A stretch of DNA of 60,759 bases from Lacunisphaera sp. (GCA_046593155.1 JBKJRX010000010.1:1-60759), one strand, 5' to 3'. Positions 1 through 9,160 are shown, counted from the first letter of the stretch. The notes: a model not told the origin generated them from the letters alone. Translations and numbers: made by a program.

Positions 1-1535
1 GCTTTGAGGAGCAGCGTGCTCAGGGCAAAGGGCTTGGGCAGGTGGACCAGCGCCCCGGGTGGAAAATCAGGGAGCAGGGCGGCGGGGGACGTCGCCGAAG
101 TGCTGACCACTCGCAACTGCGAATTAACGGCGTGAAGCCGGCGCACGAGGGCCGCCCCGGCCTTGGTGTGGCTGTGCACGAGCACCAGCTGCGGTGGTGG
201 CGCGGCGGAGATGGCGGCGGCCGCCGCTTCGGGATTGGCCGCCTCGGTCACGCGGTAGCCATCGGTGGCCAGGATGCCCGCGATCATTTTGCGCAGGATA
301 TCATCCGCCTCAATGATGAGCACCCGCTCGGTGCCCCGCATCGTGGGCAGGGTGCCGAGTTTGGTGATGGAGGTCTGCTCCGGTTCGGCGGTCTCCGGCA
401 GGAAAACCTCAAACGTGGTGCCGGCCCCAAGCCGGCTCTGCACGGCGATGTGGCCGCCGTTCTCCCGCACGATGCCCAGCACCGTCGGCAGGCCGAGACC
501 GGTGCCGCTTGTCTTGGTCGTGAAGAAGGGTTCGAAGATGTTTTTCAGTGCCACCGGTTCGATGCCAATCCCGGTGTCGGTGACCTGCATGACCGCGTAA
601 AGTCCGTCGCCCATCTCCGGGGTGCGGCGGTCGGTCGCGGTCAGCACGCGGTGGTTGCAGGTGCGGATGGTGAGCTTGCCGCCGCGGGCCATGGCCTCGC
701 GGGCGTTGAAACAAAGGTTGAGCAGCACGCGCTGAAAATGGGCGGGATCGATGCGGGCGTTGCCCAGGTCGGAGGCGAGCCGCAGTTCCACGACAATCTC
801 CTCACCGGCCACCCGCCGGATGATCTCGGCGACCTCCCGGATGAGCGTGTTGAAATTGACGACCTTGACCTCCGTCTCCTGCCGGCGGCTGAACTCCAGG
901 ATCTGCCGGGCCAGCGCCGAGGCCTTGAGGCCCGCGCGGTGGATTTCCTGCAGGTCCTTTTGCGCCGCGGGCACCCCCGCGAGCTTGGCCCCGAGGATCT
1001 CACAGTAACCGTTGATGACGGAGAGCAGGTTGTTGAAATCGTGCGCGACGCCGCCGGCCAGCAGGCCGACGGTGTCGAGTTTTTGCGACTGCAGCAGGGC
1101 CTCGCGCAGGCGCCGGCTCTCGGAGATGTCGCGGTAGATGCCGACCAGGCAGCCGGTCGGTTGATCCTTGGACAGGATGGGGGAGAAGTTCCACGCCGCG
1201 AAAAATCTGGCGCCCCCCTGCCGGTAGAGCCAGCCCTCGCCCGCCGCGAGCCGGCCACCCGGCGGCGCGCCCGGGGCCAGCAGGGCGGTGCGCGGCCCGT
1301 GGAGCAGCCGGGTGTTCCGGCCGGGCAGGGTGCCGGCGGCATAGCCGGTGAGTTCGGCAAATTTCTCGTTGGCCAGGATGATATCCACGCCGCCGCCCTG
1401 CCACTGATCGCGCGTGACCACCGCCGCGTCGCCCAAGGCGGCAAGGGTGCCGGACAGGGCGCCGATGATGGGTGGCAGCGCCGGGACGGAGGCCGCCGCC
1501 TGGACCCGGCGCGGCTTCGCTTTCTTGGCGGGCAT
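1..1535 (-). CDS. PAS-domain hybrid sensor histidine kinase with degenerate receiver domain (3' end runs off window)
   Basis: Manually translated (absent from ORF track because its stop is outside the window): MPAKKAK..., H-box LAGGVAHDFNNLL, DTGIG/FEPFFTTK/GTGLGL ATPase boxes, C-terminal receiver-like VLIIEADD...KPF. Confidence 0.9.
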   Translation of the reverse strand, partial: MPAKKAKPRRVQAAASVPALPPIIGALSGTLAALGDAAVVTRDQWQGGGVDIILANEKFAELTGYAAGTLPGRNTRLLHGPRTALLAPGAPPGGRLAAGEGWLYRQGGARFFAAWNFSPILSKDQPTGCLVGIYRDISESRRLREALLQSQKLDTVGLLAGGVAHDFNNLLSVINGYCEILGAKLAGVPAAQKDLQEIHRAGLKASALARQILEFSRRQETEVKVVNFNTLIREVAEIIRRVAGEEIVVELRLASDLGNARIDPAHFQRVLLNLCFNAREAMARGGKLTIRTCNHRVLTATDRRTPEMGDGLYAVMQVTDTGIGIEPVALKNIFEPFFTTKTSGTGLGLPTVLGIVRENGGHIAVQSRLGAGTTFEVFLPETAEPEQTSITKLGTLPTMRGTERVLIIEADDILRKMIAGILATDGYRVTEAANPEAAAAAISAAPPPQLVLVHSHTKAGAALVRRLHAVNSQLRVVSTSATSPAALLPDFPPGALVHLPKPFALSTLLLK

Positions 1536-1539
1536 CGGG

Positions 1540-2178
1540 TCAGGGCGCGAGCCGTTCGATCACCCAGTCACCGCTGCTCTCGCGGCGGTAACGCAGCCGG
1601 TCGTGCAGCCGGCTGCGCCGGCCCTGCCAGAACTCGACCGTCTCCGGCGCGAGCCGGAATCCGCCCCAGTTGGGCGGCAGCGGCACTTCGCGCCCCTCGT
1701 ATTTCTTCTCCACCACGCGGTAACTTTCCTCGATGACCGCGCGGCCCGCCACCACGATGCTTTGCGGCGAGGCCCACGCGGCCAACTGGCTTGGGCGCGG
1801 TCGGCTGTGGAAATAAGCCCCCGACTCCTCGCGAGTCACGCGCACCACCGCGCCCTCGGCGATGATCTGGCGCTCCATCGCCACCCACGGGAAGAGCAGG
1901 GTGGCGTGGGGGTTTGCATCGAGCTCGCGGGCCTTGCGGCTCTCATAGTTGGTGTAGAACACAAAACCGCGGCCGTCGCAGGCCTTGAGCAGCACGGTGC
2001 GGGCCGCGGGCCGGCCATCACGGCCGGTGGTGGCCAGGGTCATGGCGTTGGGCTCGGGGATCTTCGCGGCCTCGGCCTCCTGGAACCACTGCTCGAACTG
2101 GCGGAACGGGTTTTTCGCGAGATCCTTTTCGAGCAACCCCGCCAGACTGTAATCCTTTCGCATGTCAGCCAGTGCCAT
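1540..2178 (-). CDS. pdxH: pyridoxamine 5'-phosphate oxidase
   Basis: MRKDY, EPNAMTLAT, ARTVLLK, FYTNYESRK, EFWQGRRSRLHDR motifs; start chosen at MALADMR. Confidence 0.95.
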   Translation of the reverse strand: MALADMRKDYSLAGLLEKDLAKNPFRQFEQWFQEAEAAKIPEPNAMTLATTGRDGRPAARTVLLKACDGRGFVFYTNYESRKARELDANPHATLLFPWVAMERQIIAEGAVVRVTREESGAYFHSRPRPSQLAAWASPQSIVVAGRAVIEESYRVVEKKYEGREVPLPPNWGGFRLAPETVEFWQGRRSRLHDRLRYRRESSGDWVIERLAP

Positions 2179-2248
2179 AGTGCCCGCATGCTGACCCTGC
2201 ACTCCGCGCTGTCAAAATCATCCGCGGCCTGCACGCTGAATCCCCGCC

Positions 2249-3022
2249 ATGCCACCCGTTCCCGACCTGCCGCCCTGGGCCTTGCTCGTGCTGTTTGCCG
2301 TCGGGTTGGTCGCGGGCACGGTGGACGCCATCGCGGGCGGCGGTGGCCTGATCGCCCTGCCGGCGCTGCTCGGCTTCGGGCTGCCCGCCCCGCTGGCCCT
2401 CGGCACGGCCAAGCTGCAGGGCACCTTCGGCTCCGGCTCGGCGGTGTGGAGTTTCTCCCGGCGCGGCGCCGTGGACCTGCGCGAATGCGGCCTGGGTTTC
2501 GGCCTGACCGCGCTCGGCGCGCTGGGCGGCGCCTTCACGGTGCGGCGGATCGACCCGCAGTTCCTCGGGGCGCTCATCCCGTGGCTGCTCGGGGCCATCG
2601 TGGTCTACATGATCTTCCGGCCCAAGCTCGGCGAAACCAGCCGGCACCACCGGCTGGAGCAGCTCCCGTTCTACCTGTTGTTTGGGTTGGCCCTCGGGTT
2701 CTATGACGGCTTCTTCGGCCCGGGCGTCGGCTCGTTCTGGACCATCGCGTTTGTCACCGTGCTAGGCCACGACTTCGTCCGGGCGGCCGGTCACGCCCGG
2801 GTGATGAATTTCGCCAGCAACCTGGCCGCCCTGGGATTTTTCGCCGTGGCGGGCACCGTGGCCTGGCTGCCCGGGCTCGTCATGGGCGCGGGGCAGTTGC
2901 TCGGCGGCCGTCTCGGCGCCCACCTGGCCATGACCCGGGGCGCCCGCTTTGTGCGGCCGGTTTTTCTCGTGATGGCCTCGCTGGTGGCGGTGAAACTCAT
3001 TTACGCGGGCTTCGGCCAGTAA
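2249..3022 (+). CDS. TSUP (TauE/SafE, YfcA-like) membrane transporter
   Basis: DAIAGGGGLI and GFYDGFFGPGVGSF motifs, multiple TM segments. Confidence 0.9.
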   Translation: MPPVPDLPPWALLVLFAVGLVAGTVDAIAGGGGLIALPALLGFGLPAPLALGTAKLQGTFGSGSAVWSFSRRGAVDLRECGLGFGLTALGALGGAFTVRRIDPQFLGALIPWLLGAIVVYMIFRPKLGETSRHHRLEQLPFYLLFGLALGFYDGFFGPGVGSFWTIAFVTVLGHDFVRAAGHARVMNFASNLAALGFFAVAGTVAWLPGLVMGAGQLLGGRLGAHLAMTRGARFVRPVFLVMASLVAVKLIYAGFGQ

Positions 3023-3027
3023 TCGGC

Positions 3028-3089
3028 CTCGTTCTCTTACTCATTCTCCTTCTCACTGATCGAGTAAGAGTATGAGAACGAAGAAAGAG
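3028..3089. repeat. hexamer-periodic pyrimidine/purine inverted repeat
   Basis: CTCGTT CTCTTA CTCATT CTCCTT ... GAGTAA GAGTAT GAGAAC; related copy at 9161-9245. Confidence 0.65.
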
Positions 3090-3101
3090 CACGCTTTCAT
3101 A

Positions 3102-4337
3102 ATGTCGCCCGCCCGCTACCTCGACCGCCACCAGGCCGATCTCGCCGGCTTCCTGCAAAGGCTCATCCGGCTGCGCACGGTCAATCCCCCCGGCGAAAAC
3201 TACGGCGAAATCACCACCCTGCTCGCCGCGACCTTGCGCGAACTGGGCCTGCAGGTGCGCCGTTTGCCCGTGCCCCGCGCGCTCCAGAAAAAGACCCTGC
3301 CGGAGCTGCTGGATTATCCTCGCTACAATGTCATCGGCTTCTGGGACGCCGGCGCGAAAAAGACCCTGCATTTCAACGCGCATTACGATGTCGTGCCGGT
3401 CTCCGGCGCGTGGCGGCACGGCAGCCCGTTCAATCCCGTGGTGGAGAAAGGCTGGATTTACGGCCGCGGCACCGCCGACATGAAGGGCGCCATCGCCAGC
3501 ATCGTCTTTGCCCTGAAGGCCCTGCGCGCCACCGGCGCGAAGCCCGCCTTCAATGTCGAGGTCTCCTTCACCGCCGACGAGGAAACGGACAGCGCGCTCG
3601 GCACCGGTTGGGTGGCCAGCCACGGCCAGCTGCGTGCCGACTATGCCGTGGTGGGCGAGGGCGGCGAAGGCGACGGCGTGTGCTGCGGGCACAACGGCGT
3701 CGTGTGGCTCAATGTTCGCGTCCACGGTCGCGCCGCGCACGGGTCCACGCCCGAAGCCGGCGTCAATGCGCTCGAAAAGATGTCCGCCCTCGTCCTCGCA
3801 CTCAACGGCTACAAGCAGTTGCTCGCCCGGCGCACCTTCGTCACGCCCGACGGCCAGCGCCGACATCCCACCATCAACCTCGGCGGCGTGTTCGCCTCCG
3901 GCGAAGGCGGCAAGGTCAACACCGTGCCCGCCGCCGCCAGCTTCACCATCGACCGCCGCGTGCTGCCGATCGAGAGCGTGCGGGCCGTCGAGCGCGAACT
4001 CCGCGGGATCCTCCGCGCCGCGGCCCGGAGGATCCCGCAGTGCCGGATCAGCATCGAGAAGATCTCCGACAACCACTCCTGCTACACCGTGCCGACACAC
4101 CCGCTGTTTGCCGCCATGCAGGCGAGCGTGGCGCGCGTCCGCGGGCGACCGGCGAAATTCATGGTCTCGACCGGTTTCAATGACATGCATTTCTTCGCCC
4201 AGGTCCTGAAGATCCCGACGATCGGTTACGGGCCGAGCGGGGTGGACTACCACGCGGTTGACGAACGCGCCCGGCTCAAGGACCTGACCGATTCGGCGAA
4301 AATCTACGCTGATCTGCTGACGACGTTCCAGGGGTAG
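3102..4337 (+). CDS. M20 family metallopeptidase (ArgE/DapE-like)
   Basis: AHYDVVP, GRGTADMKG, DEE, HG, final H motif (DYHAVDE). Confidence 0.9.
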   Translation: MSPARYLDRHQADLAGFLQRLIRLRTVNPPGENYGEITTLLAATLRELGLQVRRLPVPRALQKKTLPELLDYPRYNVIGFWDAGAKKTLHFNAHYDVVPVSGAWRHGSPFNPVVEKGWIYGRGTADMKGAIASIVFALKALRATGAKPAFNVEVSFTADEETDSALGTGWVASHGQLRADYAVVGEGGEGDGVCCGHNGVVWLNVRVHGRAAHGSTPEAGVNALEKMSALVLALNGYKQLLARRTFVTPDGQRRHPTINLGGVFASGEGGKVNTVPAAASFTIDRRVLPIESVRAVERELRGILRAAARRIPQCRISIEKISDNHSCYTVPTHPLFAAMQASVARVRGRPAKFMVSTGFNDMHFFAQVLKIPTIGYGPSGVDYHAVDERARLKDLTDSAKIYADLLTTFQG

Positions 4338-4338
4338 G

Positions 4339-4430
4339 GGTGGAACCCGGCCTCCGGACGGGTTTGTTGGCTGTGAATTCTGAAAATAAGGGGCGCATCC
4401 TGAAAACGCGCCCGGAGGTCGCGTTCCACC
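4339..4430. repeat. REP/REPIN-like palindrome, GGTGGAACCCGGCCTCCGG family
   Basis: Inverted arms with internal TCCTGAAAA; copies at 8370, 49365, 53802. Confidence 0.85.
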
Positions 4431-5351
4431 TCAAGGCAATCCCGCCAGAATCCGCCGCGCCACCGCCGGGATGATCGCCCGGTTGTTGGCGTGCTCCCGG
4501 CCGTCGGTAAAGGTCACAATGATGATCCGCCCTCCGTCCGGCAGTTCGATGAGCGCCGCATCGTGCCGCGCCCAACTGACCCAGCCGGCCTTCGACCACA
4601 ATTTCATCCCGGGGGTCAGGGCCGGACCGGTGAATCCGACGCTTTGGTTGTCCGGATCGGTTGAAGTCGTGAAGGGATCGCGCGCCATCAACGCAAGCAT
4701 CTCCGCCGAGCGTGCGGGTGTGACACAACGGCCGGCGGTGATCTCGATGAACAGGCGGGCGGTGTCGTTGGTCGAAAGATAATTCCGCGCCGGCGGATGC
4801 GCCGTCATGTCCTGCTTCTCCCGGCCGAAGGGACCGTCGCCCCAGGTTTTCCGCTTGGCGTTCACATTTTGGTAGCCGAGTGCTTCGAAATATCGGGTGA
4901 CGGCGCCGCGTTGCTCGCTCCAGCGGTTCAGCTCGTCGGCCGGGAGCTCGGGGCCGCCGGTCGTGCCGGTCAGGGCATCGACAAGGTAGTTCGTGGCGTC
5001 GTTCGACGAATCGACGATCATGTCGCTCATGCCGCGCCTCAACTCCGGCGTGTCGGCGAGCCGGCCGTCCTCCAGCCAGCGGTGGGTGGCGGCCAGGAAG
5101 AAGAGCTTGATGACGCTTGCCGGGTAGAAACGTTCGTCGCCGCGGGAATGCGCGTGCACCGGAGCGGCTCCGCGCAGGTCGATGACCGTGACCGCGAGCT
5201 GTTCGGGTTTGAGCGCGGGGCCCGTGAACTCCGCGAGTGTGCCCGCGACCGCCTGATCGACGGCGCTTTGCAGCGGATTGCCCGCCGCGGTGGCGAGGCC
5301 CCCCAGCAGTAAAAGCGTAGCGAGCACGTGTTTGATCCCGGAAGGCATCAT
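4431..5351 (-). CDS. class A beta-lactamase-related serine hydrolase, secreted
   Basis: Signal peptide, SxxK (PASVIK), SSNDATN, KAG motifs; alternative in-frame start at 5468. Confidence 0.85.
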   Translation of the reverse strand: MMPSGIKHVLATLLLLGGLATAAGNPLQSAVDQAVAGTLAEFTGPALKPEQLAVTVIDLRGAAPVHAHSRGDERFYPASVIKLFFLAATHRWLEDGRLADTPELRRGMSDMIVDSSNDATNYLVDALTGTTGGPELPADELNRWSEQRGAVTRYFEALGYQNVNAKRKTWGDGPFGREKQDMTAHPPARNYLSTNDTARLFIEITAGRCVTPARSAEMLALMARDPFTTSTDPDNQSVGFTGPALTPGMKLWSKAGWVSWARHDAALIELPDGGRIIIVTFTDGREHANNRAIIPAVARRILAGLP

Positions 5352-5359
5352 TCGCCGGC

Positions 5360-5435
5360 TGTCATCCTGAGCGCAGCGAAGGATCCACGGGCCTGTTCGC
5401 ATCCTGATGGATTCCTCGCTGTGCTCAGAATGACA
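5360..5435. repeat. TGTCATCCTGAG...CTCAGAATGACA palindromic repeat
   Basis: Inverted arms; second copy at 50235-50318. Confidence 0.85.
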
Positions 5436-5467
5436 ATCCGGGTTATGCGCGTGTTTTGAAGGCATCA

Positions 5468-6052
5468 TCAATTCCTCCAGCCCTGCCGGATCATGCTGAC
5501 CGCGATGGCCGCCAGGAGCATTGCAATGATCTTCGAGATGGCGCGCATGCCGGTCGCGCCCACCTTGCGGCCTAACCATTCGCTGTAGTGCAGCACCAGC
5601 ACCACGAGCCCGAGGTTGACCGCCAGCGCGACCAGGATGACCGGCAGGCCGATGGCCTGGTTCTGTGCCAGCACGAGCAACGTGGTGATGGAGGCTGGCC
5701 CGGCGATGAGCGGCATGCCGAGCGGCACCACGCCAAAATCCTCCGGCAGTTTTTCCGGCTCGGCGGCGGACTGCACGAGGTCCTTGGCCGCGAGGATGAA
5801 AAGAATCAGGCCGCCGGCGATCTGAAAGTCGCTTACGGAGATGCCCAGCGCCTTGAACACACTCTGGCCGAGAAACAGGAAGCCCAGCGCCACCAGACCG
5901 CCCGTCCACGTCGCCTGAGCGGCAATCTTCTGCCGGCGCTCCGCCGCAATATTCTGGCCGAGCCCAAGGAAAATGGCCGCCAACCCGATCGGGTCGATGG
6001 CCACGAACAGCGGAATGAAGGCCAGCAGAAACTTGGTCAGCCACTCGAGCAT
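5468..6052 (-). CDS. MarC family membrane protein
   Basis: FVAIDPIG, FQIAGGLILF, VVPLGMPLIAGPASIT. Confidence 0.92.
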   Translation of the reverse strand: MLEWLTKFLLAFIPLFVAIDPIGLAAIFLGLGQNIAAERRQKIAAQATWTGGLVALGFLFLGQSVFKALGISVSDFQIAGGLILFILAAKDLVQSAAEPEKLPEDFGVVPLGMPLIAGPASITTLLVLAQNQAIGLPVILVALAVNLGLVVLVLHYSEWLGRKVGATGMRAISKIIAMLLAAIAVSMIRQGWRN

Positions 6053-6228
6053 GGCCGCAGGGTGACCGGACCTGCGCCAAAAGGCAACGCGTCAGGATCG
6101 ATCCGAATTGGCCACAAAAAAACGCAAGGGTTTTGTCCCGCTGGCAGCATGTTCCGCGCGCCCATAGGCGCGACGCACACGCGACCTGCCGTCATCAGCC
6201 TTTGCGTTCTTTCGTGGCTAATTCCCGC

Positions 6229-7161
6229 TCATTTTCCCAACAGGTCGCGGATCGCGCCACCCACGGCCGGATGCTTGAATTTGAAGCCCGTCGCGAGGAG
6301 CTTCTGTGGCGCGCACCGCTGGCCGTGCAGCGCCAGGTTACCGTCGGTGAAGAAGTGGTGTTCGGCGATGAACCGCACGACGAACTCCGGGGCGGGCGGG
6401 ACCCACGGCCGGCCGACCGCCGCGCGCAGCTCGCGCATGAACTCGGCATTGGTCACCGCGCCGGGAGCGCAGACATTGTAGACGCCGGACATCCCCGGCT
6501 GGGTGAGCGCCGCTGCGAACGCCGCGACCGCATCGTCGCGGTGCACCCAGCTCAAAAACTGGCGGCCGCTGCCGGCGGCACCGCCGGCGAATCTCCTGGT
6601 CAGGCCGAGCATCGCGGGAAACGGACCGGTCTTCGCGTCGAGCACGGGGCCCAGGCGCAACACGACGCGGCGTGGCACCTCCGGCAGATCAAGTGCGGCG
6701 AACGCCTCCTCCCAGCGGCGGCAAACCTCCGCGAGAAATCCCGGACCAGGCGGTAGCGATTCCTCGCAGAACCGGTCGCCGGCGTTGCCATAAAAACCCG
6801 TGGCGCTGCACTGCACCCAGACCGGCGGCGGATTTTTGGCGCGGGCATAGCCCTTGCCGAGGGCCTTCACCGCGTTGAGCCGTGACTCGAGGATCTCGCG
6901 GCTGTTTTCCAGCGAGTGGACGCAGTTGATGCTCCGCCCGGCGAGATTCACCAGCGCCGCGGCGCCCTCCAGCTCCGCCGCCCAGGCGCCACCGGTCTCG
7001 CCATTCCACATCACCGCGCGCAGCGCCGGCATGTCGTCCCACGGCGGCACCCGGTCCGTGTCGCGCGTCAGCACCACCACCTCCCAGCCGGCCGCGGACA
7101 GGGCGCGGCCGAGCGCCCGCCCCAGGAAACCGCTGCCGCCCGCCAGGATGACTTTTGCCAT
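6229..7161 (-). CDS. TIGR01777/YfcH-like NAD-dependent epimerase
   Basis: AGGSGFLG Rossmann motif, VNLAG, GFLAEVCRRWE, SWVHRDD. Confidence 0.9.
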   Translation of the reverse strand: MAKVILAGGSGFLGRALGRALSAAGWEVVVLTRDTDRVPPWDDMPALRAVMWNGETGGAWAAELEGAAALVNLAGRSINCVHSLENSREILESRLNAVKALGKGYARAKNPPPVWVQCSATGFYGNAGDRFCEESLPPGPGFLAEVCRRWEEAFAALDLPEVPRRVVLRLGPVLDAKTGPFPAMLGLTRRFAGGAAGSGRQFLSWVHRDDAVAAFAAALTQPGMSGVYNVCAPGAVTNAEFMRELRAAVGRPWVPPAPEFVVRFIAEHHFFTDGNLALHGQRCAPQKLLATGFKFKHPAVGGAIRDLLGK

Positions 7162-7199
7162 GCGGGAAATTCGTAACACGAAATTCTCTGCTGGCAATC

Positions 7200-7256
7200 T
7201 GTAGGTCGGGGTTTACCCCCGACATAGCTTGTGTCGGGGGTAAACCCCGACCTACA
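7200..7256. repeat. GTAG-type REP doublet, perfect 25-bp inverted repeat
   Basis: TGTAGGTCGGGGTTTACCCCCGACA-7nt-TGTCGGGGGTAAACCCCGACCTACA. Confidence 0.9.
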
Positions 7257-7263
7257 AAAACAT

Positions 7264-8364
7264 ATGTCCCCCTGCGCTAACTTCCACGACCTGACCCGCG
7301 AGGCCCTGCGCCTGCAGGTCGTGCGCTGGGGCTTCAGCCCGGTGCACGCCGCCCGGTTGTGGGCCTATGTCTATTTGGAAGGCGTGGAGAACTGGGCCGA
7401 CATGCCGGAGTTGCCGGCGCGTTTCCGCCGCCAGGCCGGGCAGGGGATGGTCTTCACCCGGCTGCCGGTGGCAACCGAGACCCACAGCGCCGACGGCTTC
7501 ACGCGCAAATACCTCCTCGCGCTGCCGGATGAACGGAGCATCGAGACCGTCCTCATGCGCTATACCAGACGCGTGACCGCCTGCATCAGCACGCAGGCCG
7601 GTTGTGCCATGGGCTGTGTGTTCTGCGCCACCGGCCAGATGGGCTTTGCCCGCCACCTCAGTGCGGGCGAGATTGTCGCGCAGGCCCTGCACGTGAACCG
7701 CGTGCTGCGGGTAGGGCGAGTCGCCCCCGACGAGCCGAACGCACGCGCGACTCATCCGGAGAATTCGCCCTACCGGCCAGAACGCCTGCGCAACATTGTC
7801 CTGATGGGCATGGGCGAGCCGCTGCACAATTACGATGCCGTGATGACGGCCACGGAAATCCTGTGCGACACGGCCGGCCTCTCCCTCGGCACAAAACAGA
7901 TTACGCTGAGCACCGTCGGCGTGGTGCCGGGCATCATTCGGCTCGCCGACGAAGGCCGGCCGATCCACCTCGCGGTGTCGTTGCACGGTGCCACCCAGGA
8001 GGAACGCGCGGCCCTCGTGCCGGTAGCCAAAAAGTGGCCGCTTGATGAATTGATGGACGCCTGCCGCTACTATATCGCGAAGCAACAACGCCGCATCTTC
8101 TACGAGTGGACGCTGATTGAGGGGAAAAACGATTCCGCCGACCAGGCGCATGCCGTCGGCAGGCTCCTGCAGGGCCAGAACGCCCAGGTTAATCTCATCC
8201 CGCTGAACCCGACGGCCGGCTACGGCGGCATCCCCACCGGCCAGGAAGCGGCCCGCCGTTTCCAGCATATCCTCAGGGAATACAGCCTCCCCAGCACCAT
8301 CCGGCAGCGGCGGGGGATAGACATCGCGGCAGGATGCGGCCAGCTGGCGACCGCCAGGTCCTAG
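7264..8364 (+). CDS. rlmN: 23S rRNA/tRNA m2A methyltransferase (radical SAM)
   Basis: CISTQAGCAMGCVFCATG, MGMGEP, DIAAGCGQL. Confidence 0.92.
   Translation: MSPCANFHDLTREALRLQVVRWGFSPVHAARLWAYVYLEGVENWADMPELPARFRRQAGQGMVFTRLPVATETHSADGFTRKYLLALPDERSIETVLMRYTRRVTACISTQAGCAMGCVFCATGQMGFARHLSAGEIVAQALHVNRVLRVGRVAPDEPNARATHPENSPYRPERLRNIVLMGMGEPLHNYDAVMTATEILCDTAGLSLGTKQITLSTVGVVPGIIRLADEGRPIHLAVSLHGATQEERAALVPVAKKWPLDELMDACRYYIAKQQRRIFYEWTLIEGKNDSADQAHAVGRLLQGQNAQVNLIPLNPTAGYGGIPTGQEAARRFQHILREYSLPSTIRQRRGIDIAAGCGQLATARS
7710..7774. repeat. GTAG-type REP doublet inserted in frame within rlmN
   Basis: GGTAGGGCGA...TCGCCCTACC termini. Confidence 0.75.
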
Positions 8365-8369
8365 GCTTG

Positions 8370-8423
8370 GGTGGAAGCCGGCCTCCGGACGGGTTGGTTT
8401 CCATTCGCATATCCTGAAAACCC
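8370..8423. repeat. truncated GGTGGAACCCGG-family repeat
   Basis: GGTGGAAGCCGGCCTCCGGACGGGTT...ATCCTGAAAACCC; right arm incomplete. Confidence 0.75.
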
Positions 8424-8486
8424 TCAGAAAACCGACATGATTTAACCTTTGCCAAACTCCCCCGGACCTCTACGTGTCACCATCTC

Positions 8487-9059
8487 ATGAAATTCTTTCG
8501 CCTATCGGTTCTCACCCTCCTGGCCACCGCCCTGACCGCCTCGCTGTCGGCGCAGCCCGCCAAAACCCCGGTCATCAAGGCCGTCGAGCCCGCTCGCGTG
8601 GCTTACGTCAACAGCGGCGCCTTCCTCGAGCCCAGCACCGGCATCAAGCAGCTGGTGAAGGTCTACCAGTCCCTCGAACTCGAGTTCAGCTCCCAGCAGA
8701 GCGAGCTTTCCCTGCTGCAGGAAAAGCTCCGCACCATCGTCGGCGAGCTCAACAAGCTCCGCGCCGATGCGGCTCCCGATGCCAAGGCCATCGATGAAAA
8801 ACAGACCGCCGGCCTCGCCCTCCAGCAGGAGTTGCAGACCAAGCAACAGGCCGCCCAGCAGGCCTTCAGCAAGCGCCAGCAGGAGACCCAGGGCCCCGTC
8901 GCCACCGAGGTAGGCAAGGAGCTGCGCCTGTTTGCCCAGGAGCGCGACATCAGCCTGATGTTCGACATCGCCAAGCTCGGTGAAGCCCTGCTCGATGCCA
9001 AGCCGGAGCTCGACCTGACCGCCGACTTCATCGCCTACTACAACGCCAAGCACCCGTAA
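8487..9059 (+). CDS. OmpH/Skp family periplasmic chaperone
   Basis: Signal peptide, RVAYVN, Q/E/K-rich coiled coil, DLTAD C-terminal motif. Confidence 0.8.
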   Translation: MKFFRLSVLTLLATALTASLSAQPAKTPVIKAVEPARVAYVNSGAFLEPSTGIKQLVKVYQSLELEFSSQQSELSLLQEKLRTIVGELNKLRADAAPDAKAIDEKQTAGLALQQELQTKQQAAQQAFSKRQQETQGPVATEVGKELRLFAQERDISLMFDIAKLGEALLDAKPELDLTADFIAYYNAKHP

Positions 9060-9121
9060 GCGCCTTCGTTCCGCCACGGCGGAATTTCGGCGCGGCCAGG
9101 CGTAATTGTCATTCATCCTTC

Positions 9122-9150
9122 GGCCCGGCCCCAAGCCGGGCCTTTTTGTT
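9122..9150 (+). terminator. rho-independent terminator
   Basis: GGCCCGGC-CCCAA-GCCGGGCC followed by TTTTTGTT. Confidence 0.7.
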
Positions 9151-9160
9151 AGGCCACCAC

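Noticed and set aside
42-1736. 564-aa plus-strand ORF
   Set aside because: Antisense shadow of the minus-strand kinase; no motifs
4431-5351. Bona fide antibiotic-resistance beta-lactamase
   Set aside because: Motifs fit the broader serine hydrolase family; activity cannot be inferred
5469-6080. Long N-terminal extension of ORF 4431..6080
   Set aside because: Overlaps marC in another frame; Arg/Gly-rich non-coding character
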